IMG/VR virus record: IMGVR_UViG_3300016476_000656
Coordinates: 1-28,965 of that record
Origin: a virus
Taxonomy: Duplodnaviria > Caudoviricetes
Strand: one strand, 5' to 3'
DNA length: 28,965 bases
Part shown: positions 1 to 8,653 of the stretch, piece after piece
Layout: each line of letters begins with the position of its first letter
Numbering within the stretch: the stretch's first letter is position 1
Position numbers and translations under genes: made by a program
The notes under the pieces: model-generated
Told to the model about the DNA's origin: nothing
Databases searched by the model: none
The model's input: only the letters and a program-made list of their open reading frames with translations

Positions 1-1254
1 CTCGGTGCGTGCCCACCTGCGGACGATGACCCAGAAGTGGTCGCCCTGACAGTCGATGGCCAGCGTCACGAACGGAACCGACCCGGGCGGGGCTTCGTCT
101 TTGTCCACGATCTGGCCACGCGGCCCGATGTAGCACATAGCCGACCACTCGTCCTTCATGCCGTAGTCGGATGACTCCGTGCTCACGACGAGCGACCCCT
201 GCTCGTCACTCCATGGCAGGGCGAGGTACTGCTGCTTGAACAGCATACGCGGGGTTATGTCACCGAGCTCGGCGACCTCCTTCGCCTTGATCATATCGAC
301 GGCCAGAGACCCCCAGCTCGTCGAGGCAAGGGCGTTGACGTGCAGTCCGACGTAGCCTGCCTTCTCCGCCTTGGCCGTGGCCACGAACCCGGCCCCGCGC
401 TCGACCTCGTTCGCGATTGTCCGCACCTCGTCGTTGTCCTCCAGCCGCGTCTTGCAGTGGGGGCATTCGTAGGTCGTGCCGTTCTGCACCTGCTCCAAGT
501 CCCAGCCGTCTATGTGCTTCGCGCCGTCAGGAAACCTGATGAAGTCCCACGACCAGGCGCTCGTCTTGGAACACGCCGGGCACGACATCATCCACTCCCG
601 CTGGTCGGTCATCAGATAGAACTTCCAGAACTCCGCACCCTGTCCTTCGATGTTCCCGGGCTGGCTCTCGTAGATCGCCTTAGACGCGAACGCCGCCGCC
701 TTCAGTCGCGACAGGCTCATCGCAATCGCGCCGTTCGGCCACTGCCAGCACTCCGAGCCGAGGACGTATCGGACGTGCAGGGACTGCAGGTGCTTCTCCG
801 TCGAGGCGGAGCGGTTGTGAATCAGCGAGCCGTCCGCGAACCGCAGGGTGCCGGACTTGTCGTTGTCGTCGGCGCTCATCTGCGTGCGGATGTCACCCAC
901 CTGCTCGAACAGCGGGCGCAGCTCATTCAAAGTGAAACCCTTCGCCTTGTCCTGGCTGTCGAGGTAGATGGCCATCGACGCACGGCGGTTCGCCATCAGG
1001 TAAGCCGCGTTGAGTTTCAAGGTAAGCGTCTTCCCGCAGCCGATGGCCCAGGGCATGAACATCCGCGACGTCGTCGATTGGTTGAAGATGCGCACGGCCT
1101 CCGCAATCCACGGCCACCGCTTCGGGTTGTAGCCGCCGTCGAACACGCCGGCCGGAATCTTCTTAACGTTGTGTCGCAGGTAATCGACAGGGTCGGACAT
1201 CGCCGACGGCCTGACGACCGCGAGCATCTCCTTGAACAGTTCTTCGCCGGTCAT
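1..1254 (-). CDS. terL: Terminase large subunit, lambda gpA family (5' part; runs off the window)
   Basis: Hand translation from ATG 1254, which overlaps the terS stop (ATGA), stays open to base 1. Contains Walker A-like MPWAIGCGKT, Walker B-position RYVLGSECW, two CxxC motifs (CPAC, CPHC) and a gpA-type nuclease motif TLAIDCQGDHFWV. Absent from the ORF track because it is truncated. Confidence 0.9.
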   Translation of the reverse strand, partial: MTGEELFKEMLAVVRPSAMSDPVDYLRHNVKKIPAGVFDGGYNPKRWPWIAEAVRIFNQSTTSRMFMPWAIGCGKTLTLKLNAAYLMANRRASMAIYLDSQDKAKGFTLNELRPLFEQVGDIRTQMSADDNDKSGTLRFADGSLIHNRSASTEKHLQSLHVRYVLGSECWQWPNGAIAMSLSRLKAAAFASKAIYESQPGNIEGQGAEFWKFYLMTDQREWMMSCPACSKTSAWSWDFIRFPDGAKHIDGWDLEQVQNGTTYECPHCKTRLEDNDEVRTIANEVERGAGFVATAKAEKAGYVGLHVNALASTSWGSLAVDMIKAKEVAELGDITPRMLFKQQYLALPWSDEQGSLVVSTESSDYGMKDEWSAMCYIGPRGQIVDKDEAPPGSVPFVTLAIDCQGDHFWVIVRRWARTE

Positions 1255-1757
1255 GCTTCGGGTGGGCGGAACATATCCGCCGCGTTGGCGATTTTCTCCC
1301 GGGCCTCGAGCGCCCAAGCCGTCAGGACCGTGATGGCCTTGATGGGGTCCTTCGGGTTCGCGTTCTCGCCGCACTCCGAAGCCAGCGCGTCCAGCCGCTC
1401 GACGATGAGACCCGCGAGCTTGAGCCCGGCCTCACGTGCCTCGGTCGCCTTGATCTGCTCGCGGCTCACAAGCGCTCTACGCTCTCGCTCTTCCTGCAGG
1501 GCGACCAGCGTCTTCAGCGATTGGTTGTACGTGACCTGATACTTCCCGGTCTCGGCGTCGCCTGACCTGAGCAGCAGTTCGTACTTCTCGCGTGCGAGCA
1601 CGACCAGGCGCTGGTGCTTGGCGATCGTCTCCTCGAAGTTCGCGTCGGGGATTCCCTCCACGTCGAGGGATGGCCGCTCCTTTTTGGGTCGCCCCGGCTT
1701 TCGCTTGGAAGGCACCAAATCAAAAACAGGGGTTTTTTGCTCGTTTTCAGAATCCAT
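1251..1757 (-). CDS. Terminase small subunit (probable)
   Basis: Directly upstream of and coupled to terL. Basic KRKPGRPKK N-terminus and helical coiled-coil C-terminus as in Nu1-like proteins. ATG 1757 preferred over GTG 1787. Confidence 0.7.
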   Translation of the reverse strand: MDSENEQKTPVFDLVPSKRKPGRPKKERPSLDVEGIPDANFEETIAKHQRLVVLAREKYELLLRSGDAETGKYQVTYNQSLKTLVALQEERERRALVSREQIKATEAREAGLKLAGLIVERLDALASECGENANPKDPIKAITVLTAWALEAREKIANAADMFRPPEA

Positions 1758-1769
1758 GTTTAAAAAAAC

Positions 1770-1820
1770 AGAGGGGTGGCGAGCCACGCGGCCTTGGGGG
1801 GGCTGGTAAAAGATTCCTTA
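1770..1820 (-). other. Putative cos packaging site
   Basis: Upstream of terS. Minus strand reads GGAATCT, then about 23 nt, then the dyad GTGGC-TC-GCCAC (1776-1787), resembling the lambda cosQ-cosN layout. The terminase is gpA-type. Confidence 0.45.
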
Positions 1821-1838
1821 GACGCCCCATATGGGCCT

Positions 1839-2312
1839 CTAACCACGGTTCCCGCGTGCACGTCGCAAGCCCCCCTCATAACGGCGCCGGAAGCAGCTGA
1901 TCTGCTCATGCACCGATGACACTGCCGACAGCCCCATCATGCGAGCGATGGAGCGCATGGAGTGTTTGCTTCCGAGTCCAAGGCCGATGCGTACCACCTC
2001 GGTCTGCCCACGTAGGTAGGGACAGCGGCGCGATCCGATTGAGTCGAGCACGGCGCGCAGGATGGCGAGCACCTCTGCCCGGTCATAGGTCTGCTGTCTC
2101 CTGGTTGCGTCCTCTCCCTCGTCTTGCCTGAGACGCCAGCAAGCCTTGGCCTCGTCGAGCTCCATGACGTTGTCCCCTGACTTGGGCAGCTCGCGGTAAG
2201 GACGGAAGCCAGCCGCGCGCATCTTGCGTTGCTGTGCCTTGGGCAGGGAATCGAAGTGGGCGTCTACGGCCCTCATATGCCCGGGCGGGATGTTGTCCTG
2301 GGTCTCGCTCAC
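1839..2312 (-). CDS. HTH DNA-binding protein, sigma70 region-4-like; possible late-gene activator
   Basis: C-terminal SMRSIARMMGLSAVSSVHEQIS helix-turn-helix. Lies just before the packaging genes. Confidence 0.55.
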   Translation of the reverse strand: MSETQDNIPPGHMRAVDAHFDSLPKAQQRKMRAAGFRPYRELPKSGDNVMELDEAKACWRLRQDEGEDATRRQQTYDRAEVLAILRAVLDSIGSRRCPYLRGQTEVVRIGLGLGSKHSMRSIARMMGLSAVSSVHEQISCFRRRYEGGLRRARGNRG

Positions 2313-2377
2313 TTGGCTGAGTTGTAGGGGTCTGGATGGGCTGAAGTGAAACTATAATCCCGCAGAGCCTGTTGCGT

Positions 2378-2635
2378 CCGTTTGCAGGCGTTTGCAGGAC
2401 TTGCAAACACGTTAAGCCATTGACCATCAGCGGACTTGCGGACGACTACTACTACTACCTATAACTATATAGATAGATATATATAGAGAGAGGGAAGAGA
2501 GGAGGGTAGGAATAGGGGACTCGTATAAAGGGGGCTATAGCGTGGGAAAGTTGCAAACGGCGGTCGGCAGACGTAAAGCCTTACCACTGCAGACACTTAA
2601 CGTGTTTGCAGATGTAGGCAAAACCGTTGCAACGG
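2378..2635. other. Putative replication origin
   Basis: Non-coding gap after the primase-helicase. Tandem CGTTTGCAGG (2379-2398), perfect 15-bp inverted repeat (2402-2416 / 2596-2610), palindrome CCGTTGCAACGG (2624-2635), AT-rich low-complexity core (about 2445-2490). Confidence 0.65.
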
Positions 2636-2639
2636 CAGG

Positions 2640-5267
2640 CTAGTCGAGGAAGGCCGACCTAGGAATTCGCACCGCTCGATGGACTGAAGCACCGAATCTG
2701 ACCCCGGCGACGTGGGCCGCGCCCGGGACTCTTGCAAACTGATCCTTCCACTTATCCGCCCAGGACGTGTCCATGAACAGGGTGCGCAGGGCCGGGTGGT
2801 GGTTGGAGATCGCGACGGTGTCGTCCTCCAGTCGGATGCCCGAGCGCATGAGGTTCTTGGAGATGGTGTCGGCCTCGTCGGAACGGATTGTGTCCGAGTA
2901 GTAGCCTTGGATGAGCTCGCCGATGGAGCGGGTGTAAGCCTTGCCGTCCTCGGTCTCGAAGCGGACGGACTTGTCGAGCATCCAAGCGAGGGCGCGGACT
3001 TCGTCCTGGTCGGCCTCGTCGGGCATGAAGCCGTGCCAGTTCTGCTTCTCGACCCAAGTGGTGGCTTCCTCCATGGAAAGGACACGCGTCGAGGTCAGGG
3101 AGAAGGCGCCGGACAGGAGAGCGCCGAGTTGGTCGCCGATGCGCTGGTCGCCCAGCTTGACGGCCACGGCCTTGGCGAAGGTCTTGGCGTTGGCGGTGAT
3201 GGACATGGCGTTGGCGAGGGCACGTGCCCGGATGCCTTCGGCGTACTCAGGACGTGCGACGGTCTCGGCCCACAGGGCTTTCAGCTGCTCGAAGCGTTCG
3301 CGGCCGCCGTCGGAGTTGTCCTTACGCAGTTCGAGGGAGGTGATACGGCTCGTGTCAGCACGCTGGTTCGCGGCGACGCCGATGGAGGCGAAGGCGAAGC
3401 ACGAGCGGATCTGATACTCCATGGCCTTGCCGGACGCGGAGCCCTTGCCGATGCCAGCGCCGGTCTCAGCCGAGGCGGCGCGCGCGAGCTCGAGGATGGA
3501 CTGCATCCGCATCTGGCCGCGCTTGTCCTCGGACTCGGCCTCGTCGAAGATGACAGGAAGGGCGTCGGAGCGGAGCCGCTGGCGGATGAACGCCTCGGTG
3601 GTGGCGGACTGCACCAGCAGGGCGAGACGACCGACGAGCGGGTCGAGGATGTTGTTGAGGAGCCAGGTCTTGCCGGATCCAGAAGGTCCGTTGACCCAGA
3701 TGTGCGGACGCCAGCCGAGGACGCCGCAGATGGGAGCGATGACGCACCAGCCAGCGAAGAACTTGGAGAAGATAGGCTCCTTCCAGTTCATCATGTCGGT
3801 GAGGGCGATGAGGCGCGCGGCCTCGGCGTTGGAGATGGGTTCAGCCTGGTCGGCTTCGAGGCGCTGGCCCTGCGTGTAGATCCACTTGGACTGCCACGAG
3901 GGGATGGTGCGCTCTTCGTTGCCGATGAGCAGGCGGTCACCCGCATGGAACAGGACCTGCTCGCCGTCTACCCAGCAACCACGGCCACGGACTCGGCGGG
4001 GCGAGAAGATGCCCTCGCGGTGCGCGGCTTGGATGAGCGCGTTGGCGGCGGCTTTCCAGTCGGCGCCTTCGCGGGATGGGAAGTGGGACTCCCACCAGTT
4101 GGCACCGGCTAGACGAAGGAACGGCAGGTGCTTGTGGTCGTTGGCCGATAGGGCGACGATCTGCTGGGAAGAGTCCGGCAGGTAGAAGTAGACGCCCTCG
4201 TCATGGCCGAGGACGCGGAACGGCCACGGCACGTCGGCCACGGGGTCGGGTTCGCTGGGCAGGGCGGCGTACTCCATGGCCTCGAGCACCTCTGGAGGCG
4301 GAGGGGTTGGCTCGGGCTGGGGCTCAGCGCGGGGCTCGCCACGGATGTGAGCGCGCACCTGGTCAGTGGTCCAGCCCTCGGCTTCGGCGTCGGCGAGGTC
4401 CCAGCCTTCGGCCACGTCGGCGGGAGGGGTGACGATGCGGACGTTGGGCAGTTGCTTGCGGATGAGCTCGATGCACTTGCGCCCGGGCTCGTCGGCATCA
4501 GGCCAGAAGAGCACCTTGCGCTCGGCGAGCGGTGACCAGTCGGCGAGGCTGACGGCCTTGGAGCCGCCCGACCACGTGGTCACGGCGAGGTTCGGCAGCA
4601 GACGCTTGGCGGCGTCGGCGGTCTTCTCGCCCTCGACGATGAGCACCCAGCCTGTGGAGGCCACGACCTCGGGCAGGTTGTAGAGGGGGCGGGGCTTGGC
4701 GAAGGACTTCCAGCGCCAGCCTTCCTTGCCGGACTGATGGCGGCACCACGTGATGGGCAGGACTTCCTTAGAGCCGTCGGCGAGATTAAAGCGGCAGATC
4801 AGGCCGACGCGGTGTCCGTCAGCAGTGTGATAGGTCCACGTGGCGACAGGCTGGCCGTGCTTGTAGTGGTTCAGGTCGGGCTCGTGGCAACCGTTCGGAG
4901 CGTGGGGCAGAGGCTCCCACTCGCTCGCGGCGCTTGGCTTGGACTCGTAGGTGGCGAGAGGAGCGACGGCGGTCAGGTTGCCCAGGGACAGACGCTCGGA
5001 GAGTTCCTTGGCGGCTTCGCCCTGCTTGCACCCACGGATAGCGGCGAGCAGGCTGATGGGGTCGGAGCCCTTGAGGTCACCGGCGAAGTCCGCCCAGCGT
5101 CCGGTGGTCAGGTTGATGGACATGGACGAGCCGGGCTCGCCGTTGATGGAGCCGATGCGGAACTCGTGGCCGTCCTTCTTGCCAGCGGGGAACCACTCCA
5201 TGCAGAGCGATTCAAGGGATGAGAGTGCTGCCGAGTTGACGGCTGCGAAGTCGAGACGAGATGCCAT
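2640..5267 (-). CDS. DNA primase-helicase fusion (TOPRIM domain + P-loop NTPase)
   Basis: TOPRIM motifs VLIVEGEKTADAA and WPDADEPG, Pro/Glu linker, Walker A GPSGSGKT, Walker B VIFDEAE. Start ATG 5267. Confidence 0.88.
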   Translation of the reverse strand: MASRLDFAAVNSAALSSLESLCMEWFPAGKKDGHEFRIGSINGEPGSSMSINLTTGRWADFAGDLKGSDPISLLAAIRGCKQGEAAKELSERLSLGNLTAVAPLATYESKPSAASEWEPLPHAPNGCHEPDLNHYKHGQPVATWTYHTADGHRVGLICRFNLADGSKEVLPITWCRHQSGKEGWRWKSFAKPRPLYNLPEVVASTGWVLIVEGEKTADAAKRLLPNLAVTTWSGGSKAVSLADWSPLAERKVLFWPDADEPGRKCIELIRKQLPNVRIVTPPADVAEGWDLADAEAEGWTTDQVRAHIRGEPRAEPQPEPTPPPPEVLEAMEYAALPSEPDPVADVPWPFRVLGHDEGVYFYLPDSSQQIVALSANDHKHLPFLRLAGANWWESHFPSREGADWKAAANALIQAAHREGIFSPRRVRGRGCWVDGEQVLFHAGDRLLIGNEERTIPSWQSKWIYTQGQRLEADQAEPISNAEAARLIALTDMMNWKEPIFSKFFAGWCVIAPICGVLGWRPHIWVNGPSGSGKTWLLNNILDPLVGRLALLVQSATTEAFIRQRLRSDALPVIFDEAESEDKRGQMRMQSILELARAASAETGAGIGKGSASGKAMEYQIRSCFAFASIGVAANQRADTSRITSLELRKDNSDGGRERFEQLKALWAETVARPEYAEGIRARALANAMSITANAKTFAKAVAVKLGDQRIGDQLGALLSGAFSLTSTRVLSMEEATTWVEKQNWHGFMPDEADQDEVRALAWMLDKSVRFETEDGKAYTRSIGELIQGYYSDTIRSDEADTISKNLMRSGIRLEDDTVAISNHHPALRTLFMDTSWADKWKDQFARVPGAAHVAGVRFGASVHRAVRIPRSAFLD

Positions 5268-5284
5268 AGGGTGCGGGATTGGCA

Positions 5285-5313
5285 ACGGTGTCCCGACGCA
5301 GCAGGTCAGGCAA
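5285..5313 (-). promoter_or_regulatory. Putative sigma70-type promoter of the primase-helicase gene
   Basis: TTGCCT-17 nt-CACCGT, with predicted +1 near the ATCCCGCAC box. Confidence 0.4.
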
Positions 5314-5327
5314 GCGGGAAATTAGAA

Positions 5328-5361
5328 GACTCCCCCGTGCCTTGCGGTAGAGGGGGGAGCC
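5328..5361 (-). terminator. Probable intrinsic terminator after the VRR-NUC gene
   Basis: CTCCCC...GGGGAG interrupted stem with a GCAA loop, followed by TCTTCTAATTT on the minus strand. Confidence 0.5.
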
Positions 5362-5389
5362 GTTGTGCTGTCAGTGTCTCCGCGTCGGA

Positions 5390-5734
5390 CTATTCCGCAA
5401 GCAGGAACCTTACGTCCTCGACCGACCGGGCGATGACGGCGATGCCACCGGCCTTGCGGACGTTGTCAGCCCAGACCTGCTGCTCAGGGCGGACGGTTCC
5501 CTTGGGGGTCTTGACCTCCACGGACACGAACTGGGCGATGCGCTGGCCGACCATGTCTGGGGTGATGAGCACGGACCGCCAGCCGATCAGGTCGCCTGAG
5601 CCGGTGATGAGGCCGTAGCGGATGACCCTGCCGTCTGGGGCTTTGTATGCGCCGACGTTGTTGCGGAAGACCTTGATGCCAGGATGAGAGCCGAGGGCTA
5701 GGCGGATGGCCTGCTGGACGCCCTGCTCGCTCAT
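5390..5734 (-). CDS. VRR-NUC domain nuclease
   Basis: SE..VQ..I, FRNNVG, GSGDLIG, EVKTPKG..RPEQ..W motifs of the PD-(D/E)xK VRR-NUC family. Confidence 0.9.
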   Translation of the reverse strand: MSEQGVQQAIRLALGSHPGIKVFRNNVGAYKAPDGRVIRYGLITGSGDLIGWRSVLITPDMVGQRIAQFVSVEVKTPKGTVRPEQQVWADNVRKAGGIAVIARSVEDVRFLLAE

Positions 5735-7104
5735 TTCTTCTGCCGTGCCTTGAACACGTTATGCGCCCAGCCGTAGGGGTTCTTCATGCCTCGGGCTTTG
5801 CCGACGCGGATGAGGTCCTCCAGGGTCTGAGCAGTGCCCTGCTCCCGCTTGCGCTCGCGGATGGCCTGACGCGCCTTGATCTCTTCGAGCTCGCCGTCTA
5901 CCACGTCAGGGATGCGGTCCTTGACCTCGTAGACGTGCAAGCACTGCGGACAGGTCGGGCTCGGGGTGTGCACGGCGAAGCACTGCGGGCACTGGCGGGT
6001 GCTCTGGACGTCGTCCTGCTGGCCACGCTTGCCCCGCTTGCGGATGCCGTCGAGCGACCAGTCGCGGACCTCTTCGGCTAGGCCGTGCCGTCGGCAGTTG
6101 CCCACGTGGTCGAGGATGATGGCGCGGGGCTTGCCCGGGCTGACGCGGAGGACTCTGCCCACCTGCTGGAGGTGTAGGGAGAGGGAGGCCGTCGGCCTCA
6201 GCAGGATGGCGCACGCCACGATCGGCAGGTCGAACCCCTCGGATACGATGTCCACGGTGACGAGGCCGTGCAGCCGCCCCGATCCAAGGCTGGCCACTCG
6301 GGCGGCTCGCTCCTCTGGTGACAGCGTGCCGTCGAGCACGGCGAAGCGGTAGCCTGCCGCGTTGAACGCCTGGCACACGTGCTCGGCGTGCTTGATGCCT
6401 GTGCAGAACACCACGCAGGGCAGGCCGTCGGCGTACTTGCGGTAGTGGATGACAGCGTCGCCGGTGATGGTCGGCTTGTCCATGCGCTCGGCGATGTCGG
6501 CGCGGTTGAAGTCTCCGGCCACGGTGCGCACGCCTGTGAAGTCCACGGTCTTGGGGGCGAAGTACTGCGGCCGGCAGAGGAAGCCCTGCCCGATGAGGTC
6601 GGCCACCTCGGGTCCACGGATCAGGTCGTCGAACACCTGACCGAGGCCCTTGCCGTCGAGGCGCTGCGGAGTCGCGGTGACGCCTAGCACCCGGGCTTGC
6701 GGCCACTTATCCAGGACGGTCGCCCATGCGCCTGCCGTGGCGTGGTGTGCTTCGTCGATGACGATGAGGTCAGGCGGGCGGACGTGGTCGAGCCTGCGGA
6801 TGAGAGTCTGCACGGAGGCGACCTGCGTGAGGTGGGTAGAGTCGGGCGTCTTGCCTGCCGCGATCAGGCCGTGAGGCACTTCGAGCTGAGTGAGGGCGGC
6901 GTGTGTCTGGTTGAGCAGTTCGGCACGGTGGACGAGCACGAGCGTGCGGTTGCCCTTGGCGGCGGCGTTGGCCGTCACGTAGGAGAAGATGACGGTCTTG
7001 CCGGAACCTGTGGGGGCGACCAGGAGCGGACGACGGCGGCCTGCCCGGAAGGCTTCGCGGACGGCGTCCACGGCGGAGGACTGATAGGGACGAAGGGAGA
7101 ACAC
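5731..7104 (-). CDS. Superfamily 2 (DExH) helicase with C-terminal zinc finger
   Basis: LRPYQ, APTGSGKT, DEAHH, TATP, EGFD, QQVGRVLR, CPQC..CPQC. The real start is probably GTG 7104, not 7278. Confidence 0.92.
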   Translation of the reverse strand: MFSLRPYQSSAVDAVREAFRAGRRRPLLVAPTGSGKTVIFSYVTANAAAKGNRTLVLVHRAELLNQTHAALTQLEVPHGLIAAGKTPDSTHLTQVASVQTLIRRLDHVRPPDLIVIDEAHHATAGAWATVLDKWPQARVLGVTATPQRLDGKGLGQVFDDLIRGPEVADLIGQGFLCRPQYFAPKTVDFTGVRTVAGDFNRADIAERMDKPTITGDAVIHYRKYADGLPCVVFCTGIKHAEHVCQAFNAAGYRFAVLDGTLSPEERAARVASLGSGRLHGLVTVDIVSEGFDLPIVACAILLRPTASLSLHLQQVGRVLRVSPGKPRAIILDHVGNCRRHGLAEEVRDWSLDGIRKRGKRGQQDDVQSTRQCPQCFAVHTPSPTCPQCLHVYEVKDRIPDVVDGELEEIKARQAIRERKREQGTAQTLEDLIRVGKARGMKNPYGWAHNVFKARQKK

Positions 7105-7120
7105 GTGCGGGAATGGGGGT

Positions 7121-7194
7121 AGAATGGTGGGTATAACTGGCGGGGGCAAATTGTAAACATTCAGGATGGACGCGAGGGGTGGGCAGTGTAGTTT
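7121..7194. promoter_or_regulatory. Divergent early promoter pair
   Basis: Minus strand: TTGCCC-17-CATTCT (7149-7121). Plus strand: TGGACG-16-TAGTTT (7167-7194). Lies between divergent operons. Confidence 0.5.
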
Positions 7195-7213
7195 GTTCTC
7201 CTCCCGCACAACC

Positions 7214-7408
7214 ATGAGCACCCAATACATCAAGCCCTCCGCGATCCGCAAAGCCGTCAAGGCTGGCGGCAAGCGCACGTCCTCCGAGTTCCTCGACGCC
7301 CTCGACCGCTACGTCGAGCGCGCCATCGCTCGGGCCATCGCCGAGCACAACGGCGGCAAGAAGACCATCGACGCCTCCGTCGCCGGTCACGTCCTCGGCA
7401 ACCGCTAA
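7214..7408 (+). CDS. Small histone-fold protein (bacterial/phage alpha3-truncated type)
   Basis: 64 aa. IKPSAIRKAVK (alpha1), KRTSSEF (L1), LDALDRYVERAIARAIAE (alpha2), GGKKTI (L2). Matches the pattern of Bdellovibrio Bd0055/HBb-type histones. Confidence 0.72.
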   Translation: MSTQYIKPSAIRKAVKAGGKRTSSEFLDALDRYVERAIARAIAEHNGGKKTIDASVAGHVLGNR

Positions 7409-7412
7409 GACC

Positions 7413-7514
7413 ATGAGCCTCATCAAACTACTGCTCCTCGCGGCCCTCATCGCCACGGTCATCGTCTTCTTCGCCGAAGGCCCTGACCTGCTCACCATCA
7501 TCGACCAGTACTGA
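7413..7514 (+). CDS. 33-aa single-transmembrane protein
   Basis: MSLIKLLLLAALIATVIVFFAEGPDLLTIIDQY. Fills the gap between neighbouring genes and has typical C-ending codons. Confidence 0.7.
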   Translation: MSLIKLLLLAALIATVIVFFAEGPDLLTIIDQY

Positions 7515-7526
7515 TTCTCCCGCACC

Positions 7527-7829
7527 ATGAACCACAAACCTGTCAGCATCACCGATCCTGTCCGCCTCCAGGCGGCCAAGGACATCCTCATCGAACACCG
7601 CGCCAAGGCCAAGGTCAGCGCCTCCTACGAGCTCTACGGCTTCCTGTTCAACGGCAAGACCGTCATCGACCGCATCGACCACGCGCCGACCTCCGGGGAC
7701 TTCGCTCCTCTGATCGGCAAAAAGCGCATCGCCTCGCTGTTCACGGCCTACGACATGGTGGTCGAGTTCCGCAGCGCCTGGAAGACCGACGAGCAGGCCA
7801 AGGTCGTGGCTTGGGAGGCGGCTCAGTAA
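7527..7829 (+). CDS. Hypothetical protein
   Basis: Strong codon bias, operon position, preceded by TCCCGCAC. Confidence 0.8.
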   Translation: MNHKPVSITDPVRLQAAKDILIEHRAKAKVSASYELYGFLFNGKTVIDRIDHAPTSGDFAPLIGKKRIASLFTAYDMVVEFRSAWKTDEQAKVVAWEAAQ

Positions 7830-7863
7830 GGCCATGCCTGACCCCCTCTCCCATCATCCCGCC

Positions 7864-8211
7864 ATGCTCATCGTCAAATCCAACTCCATGCCCCGCCTCT
7901 GGTGGCTCGTCCCCTGGAGCTACGCCCGACAACTCTACCGCAACTGCGTGGCGCTGAAAGCCCTCTGCGACCGACAGGATGATACCATCCGCCTGCAGGC
8001 CAAGACCATCACCGACCTTAAGAAGAACTCGGAATACGAGCGCGTCTACAAGGACGTGGTCGAGACCCTCAAGAACCCGGAACTCGACAGGGGCAAGCCG
8101 ATTGCCCTCTTCAAGGGCGAGGCTTACCTCTACGACCCAGAGGCCAAGCACTTCGCCTACGAGACCGACGCGGCCAAGGCCATCGAACGAGTAAACGAAC
8201 TTAACCGATGA
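7864..8211 (+). CDS. Hypothetical protein (WWLxPW motif + coiled coil)
   Basis: ATG 7864 is preceded by ATCCCGCC; alternative start 7834. Stop overlaps the next ATG. Confidence 0.75.
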   Translation: MLIVKSNSMPRLWWLVPWSYARQLYRNCVALKALCDRQDDTIRLQAKTITDLKKNSEYERVYKDVVETLKNPELDRGKPIALFKGEAYLYDPEAKHFAYETDAAKAIERVNELNR

Positions 8212-8417
8212 CCCTCACCCCATACCAGATCGCCACGCGGCACTTGGCCACTGAGGTTGAATACATCAACAGACTCCTGCATACGCGGGACCTGTCGAAG
8301 GCCAAGGCCAAGCTGATGCTTGCCGACGCCGTTACCGCCGCCGCGAAGGCCGCAGGCGAGACGTTCACCATCAAGTTCGGCATCAACCAGGGGAGGGCTT
8401 GGTTCAGCGTCCTATGA
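8208..8417 (+). CDS. Hypothetical protein
   Basis: ATGA overlaps at both ends. Confidence 0.7.
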   Translation: MTLTPYQIATRHLATEVEYINRLLHTRDLSKAKAKLMLADAVTAAAKAAGETFTIKFGINQGRAWFSVL

Positions 8418-8653
8418 GCGACATCAACCCCAACCGAATGATTCCCCTGCACGTCGCCGACGCCGCCGTCGCGGCTTGCGACAAGGAGATCGCGCAACTG
8501 CGAGCCGAGGTCCAGCGCCTGCGCCACCGGGCGGAAGCCCTCCGCGAGGCCGGGGACGAACTCTGGTTTTGCCTGCGTCACGGCAAGCGACTCACGCACG
8601 CCGAGGTGCAGGAAGCCGTGGAGGACTGGCAGGACGCCAGGGGAGACCGATGA
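8414..8653 (+). CDS. Hypothetical coiled-coil protein
   Basis: ATGA overlaps at both ends; heptad EIAQLRAEVQRL. Confidence 0.7.
   Translation: MSDINPNRMIPLHVADAAVAACDKEIAQLRAEVQRLRHRAEALREAGDELWFCLRHGKRLTHAEVQEAVEDWQDARGDR

Noticed and set aside
340-1539. 399-aa plus-strand ORF
   Set aside because: Antisense shadow of terL/terS; the minus frame carries the terminase motifs.
2353-2364. TATAAT followed by ATCCCGCA on the plus strand
   Set aside because: Only a partial box, no clear -35 and no downstream ORF. It could be an origin-associated transcript but is unsupported.
7105-7278. N-terminal extension of the helicase ORF to 7278
   Set aside because: It would overlap the divergent promoters and the histone-like gene. 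The Q-motif LRPYQ and the leader box support GTG 7104.
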